The notes below the pieces were generated by a model. It had not been told where the DNA came from. It made no database searches and worked only from the letters and a program-made list of their open reading frames with translations. Both the position numbers and the translations under genes were made by a program. From Rhodospirillales bacterium (GTDB lineage Bacteria; Pseudomonadota; Alphaproteobacteria; Bin95), in the NCBI GenBank assembly GCA_038143065.1, contig JAYQLI010000035.1:1920894-1984893 (forward strand): a DNA stretch of 64,000 nt, read 5' to 3'. Shown piece after piece: positions 30,417 through 41,240 of the stretch (the first letter of the stretch is position 1; each line of letters begins with the position of its first letter).

Positions 30417-31915
30417 ACGTCATGCACCAGAAGCGATTTGACCTCATAGTAGCGGGTTCCGGGGCAGCTGGGCTTTCAGCAGCCGTTACAGCAGCCGAAG
30501 CCGGTGCTCGAGTAGCTCTCTTAGAACGGGCGCCCAAAGACGAGAGGGGAGGAAATACTCGGTATACCGAATCATTTTGGCGCTTGAAGTCCAAAGACGA
30601 AGTAGCTGATGATTTTTCCCAACGCCTTGCCGAAAACGCAGGAGGCTGGCTTGATCCCGAAGTAACGAAAGATTGGACAAGAGACAGAGACGACTGGCCA
30701 ACAATTTTGAAAGCGCATCCAGCCCTCGGCCCTGACTTAATCCAGACATGGGGAGAATATGCAGGCCCAACACTGCGTTGGTTAGAAAGTCAGGGAGTTA
30801 AATTTGACTTCCTTCCAAATTATTTCATCACAGTATCTACAACTCGTATGTCACCAGTTGGTGGTGGCCGTGCAATCGTGGAAGCGCTTGCAACGCGTGC
30901 GGAAGAATTGAAAGACCGCATTTCTTATATGTATGAAACTGCAGCTGAACAGTTGATCCAGGATGAAAAGGGCCACATTCAGGGTCTTATTGCGAAGAAT
31001 TCAAGCGGAAAAATCAGCCTACAAGCGCCAAGTGTGATACTTGCAACCGGAGGCTTTCAAGGTAATGCAGAGATGATGGCGCGATACTGTGGACCTGCGG
31101 CCCAGTGGACCCGTCCAATAGCTCGAGGTGGATATTATAACCGCGGCGAAGGAGTAGCGATGGGGCTTCAGGCTGGCGCTGCGCCAGCGGGAGATTTTGG
31201 TAGCTTCCACGCTCAACCAGTTGATCCACGTTCAGGAGAAGCCGAGCCGGTGGTTTTGACATACGGCTACGGGGTCCTTTTAAACAGGGAAGGCAAGCGC
31301 TTCACCAATGAAGCACCCGCAACAGTAGATGCTACATACGAAGCCACATCTCGGGATATTTTGCAGCAAAGTCAAGGAGTTGCGTGGGCAATAGTCGATG
31401 GCCAAATAGATGATGTACCAAATTGGCGGAAGGCAGTGCGCTCAGATCAACCAGAAATAGTTGCGGATACATTAGACGAACTTCTAGCTCAAATTGACAT
31501 CAACGTGTTGGAGGCCAAACGCACTATCTCAGCTTTCAATAACGCATGCCCTGATCCAACGGGGTTCGACCCAATTAGAATAGACAACCTAGCTATCACC
31601 GAACTTTCGCCACCAAAAACCCATTGGTCCCGGCAGATTAAAAAACCACCCTTTCGGGCTTGGCCAGTGGTATGCGCCACTTGCTTCACCTTTGGAGGTC
31701 TAAAAATAGATTCATCAGCTCGGGTGGTTGATCATAATGGTAGCCCAATCCCAGGTCTTTATGCTGCTGGTGAAACCGCTGGGATGTATTATAGAACATA
31801 TACAGGTTCCACCTCTGTAATGAGAGGTTGCGTGTTCGGGAGAATCGCTGGAGCACACGCGGCCCGTTCAGCTAACCGGGGGTGGCATGACCAAGCGCAT
31901 AAAAGGTCTCAATGA
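30413..31915 (+). CDS. FAD-dependent oxidoreductase, TcuA/flavocytochrome c (FAD_binding_2) family
   Basis: GSGAAG, RGGNTRYT, ATGGFQGN, GKRFTNE, TFGGL, PIPGLYAAGE, GCVFGRIAG. Confidence 0.85.
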   Translation: MNVMHQKRFDLIVAGSGAAGLSAAVTAAEAGARVALLERAPKDERGGNTRYTESFWRLKSKDEVADDFSQRLAENAGGWLDPEVTKDWTRDRDDWPTILKAHPALGPDLIQTWGEYAGPTLRWLESQGVKFDFLPNYFITVSTTRMSPVGGGRAIVEALATRAEELKDRISYMYETAAEQLIQDEKGHIQGLIAKNSSGKISLQAPSVILATGGFQGNAEMMARYCGPAAQWTRPIARGGYYNRGEGVAMGLQAGAAPAGDFGSFHAQPVDPRSGEAEPVVLTYGYGVLLNREGKRFTNEAPATVDATYEATSRDILQQSQGVAWAIVDGQIDDVPNWRKAVRSDQPEIVADTLDELLAQIDINVLEAKRTISAFNNACPDPTGFDPIRIDNLAITELSPPKTHWSRQIKKPPFRAWPVVCATCFTFGGLKIDSSARVVDHNGSPIPGLYAAGETAGMYYRTYTGSTSVMRGCVFGRIAGAHAARSANRGWHDQAHKRSQ

Positions 31916-32751
31916 GATAATAAATAACTACGACGCCCTTTTGGTAGATCTCTGGGGTTGCGTCCACAACGGCGTCCAAGCATACCCTCAAGCCATTGAT
32001 GCTCTCAAAAATGCTAAAAAAAAAGGGTGCTCAGATCTGCCTTCTCTCCAATGGGCCACGCCGCGTCTCCGCTATTCTTTCACGGCTGGATGAAATGGGA
32101 GTACCGCGCGACGCCTATGATCATGCAGTAACCTCGGGCGAAGCCACTTGGAACGCACTCGCCAATCCGACAGATGCCTGGCATCAAGCACTCGGAAAAA
32201 AATGCTACCACCTTGGACCAGAGCGTGACAGTTCTGTGCGTGAAGATGCAGGACTTGAGATTGTAAGTCGACTGGAAGATGCAGATTTCATTGTAAATAC
32301 AGGGGCTTATGAAAATGCAGACCCTCTTGAAATGTATGAAGATACGCTTCAACGCGCGGCAAAAATGAAGCTGCCAATGGTTTGTGCAAACCCTGATTTA
32401 GTAGTTCACGTTGGTGATTTTTTATCCATTTGTGCCGGTCTCATTGCCGAGCGTTACACGGCGATTGGCGGGAATGTTGCATATCATGGAAAACCGTTTC
32501 CAAGTGTCTATTCAATGTGCTTTCAACTTTTAGAAATTTCAGATCCTGCACGGGTGCTTGGAATTGGCGATGCTATCCGTACCGACGTTGCCGGTGCTAA
32601 GGGCGTGGGAGCTGACGCACTCTTCTTAGCAGGTGGCATCTACAGAGAGAACTTTGGAACAGACGACCCTTCACCAAAAGCTGTTAAAGCTGCGGCGGCC
32701 GAGGAAGGAAACCCAATGCCCGACTATTTGCTCCCACAACTTGTTTGGTAG
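31887..32751 (+). CDS. HAD superfamily class IIA hydrolase (TIGR01459-like); extra A in the run 32016-32024
   Basis: DLWGCVHNG, SNGPR, CANPD, GKP, GDAIRTDVAGA. Confidence 0.9.
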
Positions 32752-32760
32752 CTAAAAGTC

Positions 32761-34014
32761 ATGTCCCAATCAGAAATGACTCTTGGCCGAATTGCTACAA
32801 CAGTTCTTCTGCCCTTTGGCTGCGGATATTTCCTCTCCTACCTCTTTAGGGCTGTGAATGCTGTGGTTGCGCCAGATCTGATCGCGGATGTAGGCATTTC
32901 GACTGAAGGGCTTGGCCTGTTGACAGCGGCATACCTGATTGCTTTTGCCGCTTTCCAAGCACCGCTGGGAGTCTTGCTCGACCGTTTTGGGCCAAGACGC
33001 GTTCAAGGCTCCTTGCTAATAGTGGCTGCAGGGGGTGCTGCTCTCTTTGGCGCCGCCACTAATGAAACTGTTTTGATTATTGCCCGCGCCCTTATAGGAC
33101 TGGGCTTTGCAGGTGGCCTGATGGCAAGTTTCAAGGCGGTTGCATTATTTGCTCCACCAGGCCGCATACCACTTCTAAATTACTGGGTAATGGCGTTTGG
33201 TGGGGTTGGGGTGTTGGTAGCCTCTTATCCTGCTCATGCAACCGCAGAGATACTTGGTTGGCGTGGTCTTTTTTTTCTGCTCGCTGCCCTAACAACTGCA
33301 GTCGCGTGTTTCATTATTTTGGCAGCCCCAAGACGAGGTGAACCAGAGACTGGGACCAGTCTAGCCAACCAGCTTCTAGGTCTCAAAAAAGTGTACAGTT
33401 CATTGGAGTTTTGGAGAATTGCTCCCTATGTGATGACCACCGCTGGTGCACACATAGCCATTCAAACACTATGGGCTGCCCCTTGGCTTTCTGATGTAGC
33501 TAACCTGAGCCGCGGTGAAGTGGCAGGTGTGCTGACTGGTATGGCGGGAGCATTTCTTGTAGGCATCCTCGCTGGCGGTGCAGCTGCAGACTTAGTATCC
33601 CGCACCCTGGGGAAAGGTCCTCTCTTCGTTATGCATATTGCGATCGGGCTTTTCATAATATCACAAGCTCTGATTGTCTTAGGCTTCGTCGAATGGAAAT
33701 GGTCTATTTGGCTTGTATTTGGACTCACTGGTCAGCTTGGTGTGCTAGCCTACGCCCATCTTGCTGATCATTTTGGTCCAGAGCTTGCTGGCAGGTCTAA
33801 TACAGCGCTTAATCGCCTCCTGTTTGGTGCCGCAGCTGCTTTCCAATTTGGAATTGGAGCTGCGTTAGAACACTGGCCTATGGTCGAACAACAACGCCCT
33901 GCCGAAGCATATTCAGTAGTTTTTGGAAGCATCTTAGCTATTCAAATTGTTGCTGGGCTTTGGTGTTGGGCTTCAACCGCCATGCAATCTCGACCTCTAA
34001 ACAATAGTAATTAA
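32761..34014 (+). CDS. MFS transporter
   Basis: About 12 hydrophobic segments; motif A GVLLDRFGPRR. Confidence 0.92.
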   Translation: MSQSEMTLGRIATTVLLPFGCGYFLSYLFRAVNAVVAPDLIADVGISTEGLGLLTAAYLIAFAAFQAPLGVLLDRFGPRRVQGSLLIVAAGGAALFGAATNETVLIIARALIGLGFAGGLMASFKAVALFAPPGRIPLLNYWVMAFGGVGVLVASYPAHATAEILGWRGLFFLLAALTTAVACFIILAAPRRGEPETGTSLANQLLGLKKVYSSLEFWRIAPYVMTTAGAHIAIQTLWAAPWLSDVANLSRGEVAGVLTGMAGAFLVGILAGGAAADLVSRTLGKGPLFVMHIAIGLFIISQALIVLGFVEWKWSIWLVFGLTGQLGVLAYAHLADHFGPELAGRSNTALNRLLFGAAAAFQFGIGAALEHWPMVEQQRPAEAYSVVFGSILAIQIVAGLWCWASTAMQSRPLNNSN

Positions 34015-34192
34015 TAAAATTTAGCTCACGCTTACCCACTAAGACTCAAAAATCTACAAATCTATTTTGGATTCAAAAGGATAGCGCGGGCCTTATTTGG
34101 TGAAACTAAACTCGCCAACAACCTAAAAACAAATTTTAAAATTCCCAACTTAAGCTTGCTGTTGAAGAGAAGAGCGCATAATTCTCCCTATC

Positions 34193-35575
34193 ATGACAGA
34201 CGCTATTCACATCGTTGGTGGAGGACTTGCCGGCTCAGAGGCAGCCTGGGCATGCGCAAAAGCAGGCGTGCCTGTTATTCTCCATGAAATGCGTCCTAAA
34301 CAAAAAACGCCAGCTCACCAAACAGAGGGATTGGCGGAACTTGTTTGCTCGAATTCCTTTCGTTCAGACGACTCGGAGGCCAATGCTGTAGGGCTGCTTC
34401 ATTGGGAATTAAGAGCTGCCGGTTCGTTGGTAATGTCGTCCGCTAAACCAGCAATGGTGCCAGCAGGGGATGCACTCGCAGTAGACAGAGAAATATTTTC
34501 GAAGGCAGTGACAGCAGCTCTCGAAGCAGAACCACTCGTCGAGATAAGAAGAGAAGAAGTTAAGGAGCTATCCCCTGAAGACTGGACGAGCGTTATAATT
34601 GCAACCGGCCCGTTGACCAGTGATAGCCTTGCTAGTGCCATTAGAACCGAAACCGGATCCGAATCACTTGCGTTCTTCGACGCAATCGCGCCGATCGTTT
34701 ATGCTGATAGCATCGATATGACGAGAGCCTGGCGTCAATCACGCTACGATAAATTGGGGCCAGGCGGTACTGGTAAAGACTATATCAATTGTCCAATGAC
34801 GCATGATCAATATTGTGCATTCGTCCAATCCCTAATCACTGGAGACAAAACAGAATTCCGCGATTGGGAAAAGGAAACCCCTTACTTTGAGGGCTGCCTT
34901 CCGATCGAAGTTATGGCGGAACGCGGTATACAAACCCTGCGCTTTGGCCCCATGAAACCTGTAGGTCTTACTAACCCTCACAACCCTGAAAAGCCCTATG
35001 CAGTAGTTCAACTTCGGCAGGATAATATTTCAGGAACCTTATTCAATATGGTGGGCTTTCAAACAAAATTAAAGCACGGGGCACAAGCCGAAATTTTTCG
35101 AAAAATACCTGGGCTTGAACGTGCTGAATTTGCCAGGCTTGGTGGTATCCATAGAAACACTTTCATAAATGGGCCACACCTACTCGACAGCCAACTCCGC
35201 CTCAAATCACGACCTGCAATCCGCTTTGCTGGCCAAGTTGCGGGCGTCGAAGGCTATGTCGAAAGCGCAGGCCTTGGCCTAGTCGCCGGTTTCCTTGCTG
35301 CAGCCGAACGCCTAGGCCGTCCAACGTCCCCACCGCCAATAACCACGGCGCTAGGTGCGCTGGTAGCTCATGTTACGGGTCATTCGGCTGGACAAGAGGA
35401 GCGCCCAAGTGATTTTCAGCCGATGAACATCAATTTTGGAATTCTACCGCCCTTAGCTGGGCGCGCGCCTAAGGGCCGGCGAGGCCGTGTCGAGAGGCGA
35501 AAGATGATGACAGAAAGGGCCAAAGTTGATCTTCAGGCTTGGCTAGCCGGCACTAATACCGCGGCAGCTCAGTAA
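34193..35575 (+). CDS. trmFO: FAD/folate-dependent tRNA m5U54 methyltransferase
   Basis: [54 protein letters not shown]. Confidence 0.96.
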   Translation: MTDAIHIVGGGLAGSEAAWACAKAGVPVILHEMRPKQKTPAHQTEGLAELVCSNSFRSDDSEANAVGLLHWELRAAGSLVMSSAKPAMVPAGDALAVDREIFSKAVTAALEAEPLVEIRREEVKELSPEDWTSVIIATGPLTSDSLASAIRTETGSESLAFFDAIAPIVYADSIDMTRAWRQSRYDKLGPGGTGKDYINCPMTHDQYCAFVQSLITGDKTEFRDWEKETPYFEGCLPIEVMAERGIQTLRFGPMKPVGLTNPHNPEKPYAVVQLRQDNISGTLFNMVGFQTKLKHGAQAEIFRKIPGLERAEFARLGGIHRNTFINGPHLLDSQLRLKSRPAIRFAGQVAGVEGYVESAGLGLVAGFLAAAERLGRPTSPPPITTALGALVAHVTGHSAGQEERPSDFQPMNINFGILPPLAGRAPKGRRGRVERRKMMTERAKVDLQAWLAGTNTAAAQ

Positions 35576-35578
35576 TAG

Positions 35579-36226
35579 TTAGGCTGGAGCCTTCTTATAA
35601 TAATGCCAAAGTAGAAGCGCAGCCGAACCGCGCCAAGGCCTCCACCGTTCAGCAATACCCATAGCTTGTTCCATAGTTGGCCTAGCATCCAATCCCTTCA
35701 CCCAGCCAATGGCGTTCATTAGGGCGAGATCAGCTGCAGGCCATACATCTGGTCGCCCTAGGGAAAGCAATAAATATACCTCCGCCGTCCAGCGACCTAT
35801 TCCGCGCAATTCTATGAGTTGAGCGATAGCTTCTTCATCGGACATACGCTCCAAGGCGGCAAAATTTATTTGTCCAGACAGTTCTGCATCTGCGAGACCT
35901 AACGCATATTCAGATTTGCGTTGGCTCAAGCCAAGTTCTCTGCAACCAGCTACACCCAATCTTTTAAAATTTTTGGCTGTTAATGGTTGACCCACTTTAT
36001 CCTCAACTCGCCCGTAAATTGAAGCCGCCGCCTTCACAGAAACCTGTTGGGCAATGATTCCACGAAGAAACATCGCAAATCCACGGGGACGCAGAGCGAT
36101 ATCTGGAGATCCTACTTCAGCAAGAACTCTGTTCATATCAGGGTCTACCTTAGCAACCTCAATAATGCCACGATGCAGCTCAATGGCTGCGTTTTCATGC
36201 GACATTGCTTGAGACGGAACTATCAT
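35579..36226 (-). CDS. DNA-3-methyladenine glycosylase II (AlkA-like HhH-GPD)
   Basis: IIAQQVSVKAA, LRGIGRWTAE, PAADL, WRPWRG. Confidence 0.9.
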   Translation of the reverse strand: MIVPSQAMSHENAAIELHRGIIEVAKVDPDMNRVLAEVGSPDIALRPRGFAMFLRGIIAQQVSVKAAASIYGRVEDKVGQPLTAKNFKRLGVAGCRELGLSQRKSEYALGLADAELSGQINFAALERMSDEEAIAQLIELRGIGRWTAEVYLLLSLGRPDVWPAADLALMNAIGWVKGLDARPTMEQAMGIAERWRPWRGSAALLLWHYYKKAPA

Positions 36227-37263
36227 CTTTGCGCAGGATCACCGCGCAATGCCCATACTGTCCAGACAATTGAGAGAAAAAGGAGAAGACCCATTACTTG
36301 GTGACTTGCAGCGAGTGGTATCCAGACAACCGATACTAATGTTGCAACACCGAGAGCAACCTGACATGCAACGGCTAAAGCCATAAGTGCTGCGGGAACC
36401 CGAGCTCCGGGAGCCTCTTCTCGTACCCTCAGCCATAAATAGAGGGTCGCGACTGCAGCCACAATTGCAGCCCAACGATGGATAAATTGTATGGTGCCAC
36501 GGTTTTCAATTGGATTTAGCCACCAAGGGTCTAGAGACCAGATATCCTCTGCCAGAAATTGACCGTTCATCAATGGGAAGTCGGTGTAAACCATACCTGC
36601 ACTGGTGCCAGCAACGAAAGCTCCAAATACTATCACAAAACCAACCCAGCAGAGCACAGCTTGAGCCAAGGTGACTAAGCTTCTTGGACCCGGCGCAGGC
36701 CGGTCGCTCAAAATTCCAAGAGCAGTCCAAATAAGAAGCCCTGCAATTAAGAAAGCCATTGAGAGATGAATCGATAACCGGTAGTGGCTAACATCTGGCC
36801 GGTCGACAAGCCCCGATCTGACCATCCACCAACCAATCAATCCCTGCAGTCCGCCCAAAGCCAAAAGAACTAAGAGTCGGCGTGACAGGGGTGGTTTTAC
36901 CCAACCTCTTAACCAAAACACGAGAAGAGGCACTGCAAATATTGCACCAATTAAACGGCCCCAAACTCGATGGATAAACTCCCACCAAAAAATTTCTTTA
37001 AACTCTGCCAAGGACATACCGCTGTTAATTTTTTGGTATTCCGGTGTTTGACGATATAGATCAAAAACCCGAAGCCATTCCGTATCTGTCCACGGTGGAA
37101 ACAGACCAATAAGAGGTCTCCACTCGACCATGGAGAGGCCAGATTCCGTCAGACGCGTTACACCGCCAATAACCGTCATAGCCCCTACAAATGCAGCAAC
37201 AATTAAGAGCCAATAACCAATCCAATGGCGTGCCTGAGGTGATAAATTCGGATAACTTGTCAT
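36223..37263 (-). CDS. ctaA: Heme A synthase (COX15 type)
   Basis: GGVTRLTESGLSM, WEFIHR.WGR, GWWMVRSG, HL, HR, HQ. Confidence 0.95.
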   Translation of the reverse strand: MTSYPNLSPQARHWIGYWLLIVAAFVGAMTVIGGVTRLTESGLSMVEWRPLIGLFPPWTDTEWLRVFDLYRQTPEYQKINSGMSLAEFKEIFWWEFIHRVWGRLIGAIFAVPLLVFWLRGWVKPPLSRRLLVLLALGGLQGLIGWWMVRSGLVDRPDVSHYRLSIHLSMAFLIAGLLIWTALGILSDRPAPGPRSLVTLAQAVLCWVGFVIVFGAFVAGTSAGMVYTDFPLMNGQFLAEDIWSLDPWWLNPIENRGTIQFIHRWAAIVAAVATLYLWLRVREEAPGARVPAALMALAVACQVALGVATLVSVVWIPLAASHQVMGLLLFLSIVWTVWALRGDPAQR

Positions 37264-37467
37264 GGTTCACATCTAGACCCATCAACTAGTATCGCCGACG
37301 CGCCCGGTCGCCGCAGGGGTACGGTAGACGATCTAAGTACTGATTATGGACGAACTTAAATTATGTCCATGATGACGCCTTAGGGTTTTGATAGAAAAAG
37401 CGATGGCCCCAAGGCATAGAAGAAGCATAGACTAAAATGCACAACTCGCATTAGAGGAGCCCTCACC

Positions 37468-38637
37468 ATGCGCATTGCAAAAGTGGAAGCAACATGGCTG
37501 AGCGCGCCAATTCCACCAGAACGCCAGCACGTTTCGGACTTTGGCCGAATGACATCCTTCGACACGACGTTAGTGCGCCTGGAAACCGAAGAGGGAATTG
37601 TAGGCTACGGCGAAGCGAAAGCAGCTGTTGGTAGTCAGGCCAATTGTGCGGCTCTTGTAAATCTGATCGAGAAAGAATTAGGGCCCCAAATAATAGGAGA
37701 GGACGCTCGTCAAATTTCTCGGATCTGGGACATTTGTTATAACGGATCACGCGCCCACTATGCGCTAGATAGAGGGCACGCTTTTCCAATAATGGGCCGC
37801 CGAGGCATAACAATAGCAGCACTCGGAGGGATCGACATCGCCCTTTGGGATATTTTGGGCAAAGCCCTGCAAACTCCCATACACCAATTACTTGGAGGAA
37901 AGCGTAAAGATCATTTCCCTGCCTATGCCTCCGGCGGTTGGAAACCCGTAGATGGAATTGGCAAAGAGTTGCAGAGCTTCATTGAACGAGGAAATTTCCA
38001 GGCGGTTAAAATGCGCGTTGGATCACAAGACAATACGGTTGCTAATTCAATTGAGCGTGTTCTGGCAGCTCGGGACGCCCTAGGTCCAAATATTGATATC
38101 ATGGTTGATGCCCATGGCACATGGAATGTAGCCGAAGCAAAGCGCTTCGCCAGAGGGGTTCGTGACTGCACTCTCGCTTGGTTTGAAGAACCTGTTACAG
38201 GCGATGACAAACGCGGCATGTCGGAGGTACGTGCCGCTACAGATATACCTATAGCAGCTGGAGAGAGTGAGTTTACTCGTTTTGATTTCCGCGATTTAGT
38301 AGAAGCTCGTGCTGCAGATATCCTGCAGCCTGACCTAGCGATTGCAGGCGGTATCACTGAAGCAGTTCGAATTGGAGCGCTAGCAGCCGCCTGGAATCTG
38401 GGCTTTGCTCCACATTTGTGGACTGGGGCACTTGGATTCTCCGCTGGATTGCATGTCCTTTCTGCCTCTACATCAGGATGGATTGTCGAGTACAGCCTTG
38501 GCCACAATCCACTACTTCATGATCTTGTTGTAGAGGACTTCCCCGTTGTAGATGGCAAAGTCGAAATCCCGGACCGGCCAGGTCTTGGGGTTACAATTAA
38601 TGAAGATTTTGTTGAAGAAACCAAACAGCCAAAATAG
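37468..38637 (+). CDS. Mandelate racemase/muconate lactonising enzyme family (probable acid-sugar dehydratase)
   Basis: DIALWD..GK, YASGG, KMRVG, MVDAH, WFEEP, AGESE, QPD...GG, APH, PGLG. Confidence 0.9.
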   Translation: MRIAKVEATWLSAPIPPERQHVSDFGRMTSFDTTLVRLETEEGIVGYGEAKAAVGSQANCAALVNLIEKELGPQIIGEDARQISRIWDICYNGSRAHYALDRGHAFPIMGRRGITIAALGGIDIALWDILGKALQTPIHQLLGGKRKDHFPAYASGGWKPVDGIGKELQSFIERGNFQAVKMRVGSQDNTVANSIERVLAARDALGPNIDIMVDAHGTWNVAEAKRFARGVRDCTLAWFEEPVTGDDKRGMSEVRAATDIPIAAGESEFTRFDFRDLVEARAADILQPDLAIAGGITEAVRIGALAAAWNLGFAPHLWTGALGFSAGLHVLSASTSGWIVEYSLGHNPLLHDLVVEDFPVVDGKVEIPDRPGLGVTINEDFVEETKQPK

Positions 38638-38707
38638 GCGACTTGCTTCATTAGTTGTGACAGGTAGAGTGCCCAGAGAACAATTTCTGACGAAGATGTG
38701 AGTTGCT

Positions 38708-40135
38708 ATGTACATAAATGGTGAATGGCGAAATGCCCTTTCCAAAAAATCATTCGAGAGCATTAACCCAGCTACTGGAGAAGTAATCGATGCTGTTCCG
38801 GACGGTAATGCAGAAGATGCAAAACTAGCAATTGACGCAGCGAACAACGCCTTCCCAAGCTGGGCAGGAAAAACTGCATATGAGCGTTCAGCTATTCTCT
38901 ACAAAGCATGGCAGCTTATGAGTGAACGCAAGGGTGAACTTGCGCGTTTAATGACAATCGAACAGGGAAAACCGCTCCGCGCCGCTGCCAATGAAACACA
39001 GTATGCTGCTGACTTCTTACTGTGGTACGCAGAGGAAGCTAAACGTGTTTATGGGGAGACAATTCCATCAGCACGTGGAGATCAACGCTTTATAATTTCA
39101 AAAGCCCCAGTAGGTGTCGTCGCAGCAATTACACCTTGGAATTATCCAATTTCTATGCTGACCAGAAAATTAGGTCCAGCTCTGGCGGCAGGTTGCACAG
39201 TAGTTTTAAAACCGGCTGAAGCTACACCTCTCTGCGCAATTGCAGTCTACAAAATACTCGAGGAAGCTGGCGTACCTCCTGGAGTAATTAATTTAGTCAC
39301 AGCGAAAGATCCGAAACCGATTGGCGATGTATTCACCAGTGATCCACGCATTGCAAAGATTACTTTTACTGGCTCCACCGCAGTTGGACGGACATTAGCC
39401 AAAGAAGCGGGACATAATCTCAAACGGATCAGTATGGAACTTGGGGGTCATGCTCCATTCATTGTATGGGAGGATGCTGATCCGACTCACGCGGCAAAGG
39501 GTGCCAGTCTCGTAAAGTTCTTGAACACGGGCCAAGCCTGCATCAGCCCAAACCGCATGTTCGTCCATGAAAACCAGGCGGAAGCTTATGTTGCGGAATT
39601 AACCAGTCGCGTCGAACGCCTTCGCGCTGGCAATGGACTCGATGATGGTATTGGAATTGGGCCACTGGTGAATGAAGCTGCCGTGGCCAAAGTAGAAAGA
39701 CAGGTAGAAGATGCTCGGTCGAAAGGTGCAAAAGTAATGTGCGGCGGGCATCGACTGATGGAATCTGGTCTCGACAAAGGGCATTTTTACGCTGCAACAG
39801 TTTTGACTGATGTCACCCCCGACATGCTCATCTACAGAGAAGAAACATTTGGGCCTGTCGCTGCGGTGGTACCATTCAGGGATGGCGATGATGTATTAGC
39901 GATGGCTAACGACACGCCTTATGGGCTCGCAGCCTACGTCTATACCAACGATATAGCTAAGGCGATGCGAACAGTTGAAGGGCTTAACTTTGCCATTATC
40001 GGGGTCAATGACATCAACCCAACTTCGGCAGCAGCTCCCTTTGGTGGAATGAAATCGTCGGGTTTAGGCCGTGAAGGGGGACATGAGGGAATCGAAGAAT
40101 ATTTAGAATCTAAAACAGCTGGTTTCTCAATTTAA
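38708..40135 (+). CDS. NAD(P)-dependent succinate-semialdehyde dehydrogenase-like ALDH
   Basis: ITPWNYP, KPAE.TP, FTGST, ELGGHAP, GQACI, EETFGP, PFGGMK.SG.GREG. Confidence 0.92.
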   Translation: MYINGEWRNALSKKSFESINPATGEVIDAVPDGNAEDAKLAIDAANNAFPSWAGKTAYERSAILYKAWQLMSERKGELARLMTIEQGKPLRAAANETQYAADFLLWYAEEAKRVYGETIPSARGDQRFIISKAPVGVVAAITPWNYPISMLTRKLGPALAAGCTVVLKPAEATPLCAIAVYKILEEAGVPPGVINLVTAKDPKPIGDVFTSDPRIAKITFTGSTAVGRTLAKEAGHNLKRISMELGGHAPFIVWEDADPTHAAKGASLVKFLNTGQACISPNRMFVHENQAEAYVAELTSRVERLRAGNGLDDGIGIGPLVNEAAVAKVERQVEDARSKGAKVMCGGHRLMESGLDKGHFYAATVLTDVTPDMLIYREETFGPVAAVVPFRDGDDVLAMANDTPYGLAAYVYTNDIAKAMRTVEGLNFAIIGVNDINPTSAAAPFGGMKSSGLGREGGHEGIEEYLESKTAGFSI

Positions 40136-40179
40136 ATACTCTTAACTAGGCATTAAGCGAGCTGCATTAGGTATAAGAC

Positions 40180-40204
40180 TTTCCGCAGTTTTTTGCGGGA
40201 AAAA
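40180..40204. terminator. Probable intrinsic terminator between convergent genes
   Basis: TTTCCGCA-GTTTTT-TGCGGGAAAAA hairpin between the ALDH and HMG-CoA lyase genes. Confidence 0.4.
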
Positions 40205-40266
40205 TGTTAACTAATATTTTTGTAGAGCTCGCGGTGGCTCAGCCGATGAGTAGATTATTGGGTAGC

Positions 40267-41240
40267 TCAAGCCAAAGCAGCTCTGGCCTTAGCTTCCCGA
40301 CGCAATGCTGAAAGCGCGCCACCCCGCATCACCTTTCCTGGAAGATCATGGCCAACCACATCCTCTGCAAGGCGAGCACACTCAATCAAAGCTTCCAGGT
40401 CAATACCGGTATCGATGCCCATTTCCTCGCACATAAAAACCATATCCTCAGTACAGACATTACCAGCTGCACCCTTATGGCCAGCAAAGGGACATCCACC
40501 AAGACCACCGACAGAGCTGTCAAATAAGTCGACGCCCATCTCTAAACCCGAATATACGTTGGCGAGACCACAACCTCGCGTGTCGTGGAGATGCAAACAA
40601 ATTCGCTTATCCGGCCAGCGGTTCCTTACGGCGCCAACAACCTGCTTCACTGAATGTGGTGTTGCCCACCCAACCGTATCGGCAAGGCTAATTATTTTGA
40701 TATCTACATCCTCACCCTCAGCAATGCCTAGTAGTTCTTCAAGACGCTCTACGACACGACTCGGCGCAACATCTCCTTCAAAATTACAACCCCAAGCAGT
40801 CATTATGGATGCGCGTGTAACTGGGATTCCATGCTGCTGATACACAGCGATCTGGTTGCGTTGGACCTCAACATTCTCCTTGAAACCGCGGTTTGTGTTC
40901 ATCCCCATAAAGGTTTCTGATGTTGTTGTAGAAATAGATCCAAACATATTCAGGCCATCTGCCTGAATAGCTCTTTGTAGACCCTTCTCATTCAGCCAGA
41001 GAACATGGTGGGCTACCCTTCTTTTCGCTTGAATCCCGCAACCACTTCATCCGCATCGGCCCACCCAGGAACCCGCTTTGGATTCACGAAAGACGCAACT
41101 TGGATCTTCTTCAGGCCAGAGTCAGTTAAAGCATCGATCAACTCAATTTTACGGGCTGTTGCTATAGGGCCAGGCTCAATCTGAAAACCCTCTCTTGGAC
41201 CTTCCTCTTGAATATCCACGTGCTTTGGCAGATCACCCAT
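40267..41240 (-). CDS. Hydroxymethylglutaryl-CoA lyase-like (DRE-TIM); frameshift near 41016-41018
   Basis: EEGPREGFQ, SFVNPK.VP, LADTVG, HLHDTRG, GGLGGCPFA, GNVCTED. Confidence 0.88.

Noticed and set aside
37923-38507. Long antisense ORFs (e.g. 194 aa here; 25818-26252; 40415-40840; 42894-43262)
   Set aside because: Shadow ORFs opposite well-conserved genes, Ser/Pro/Arg-rich with no motifs.
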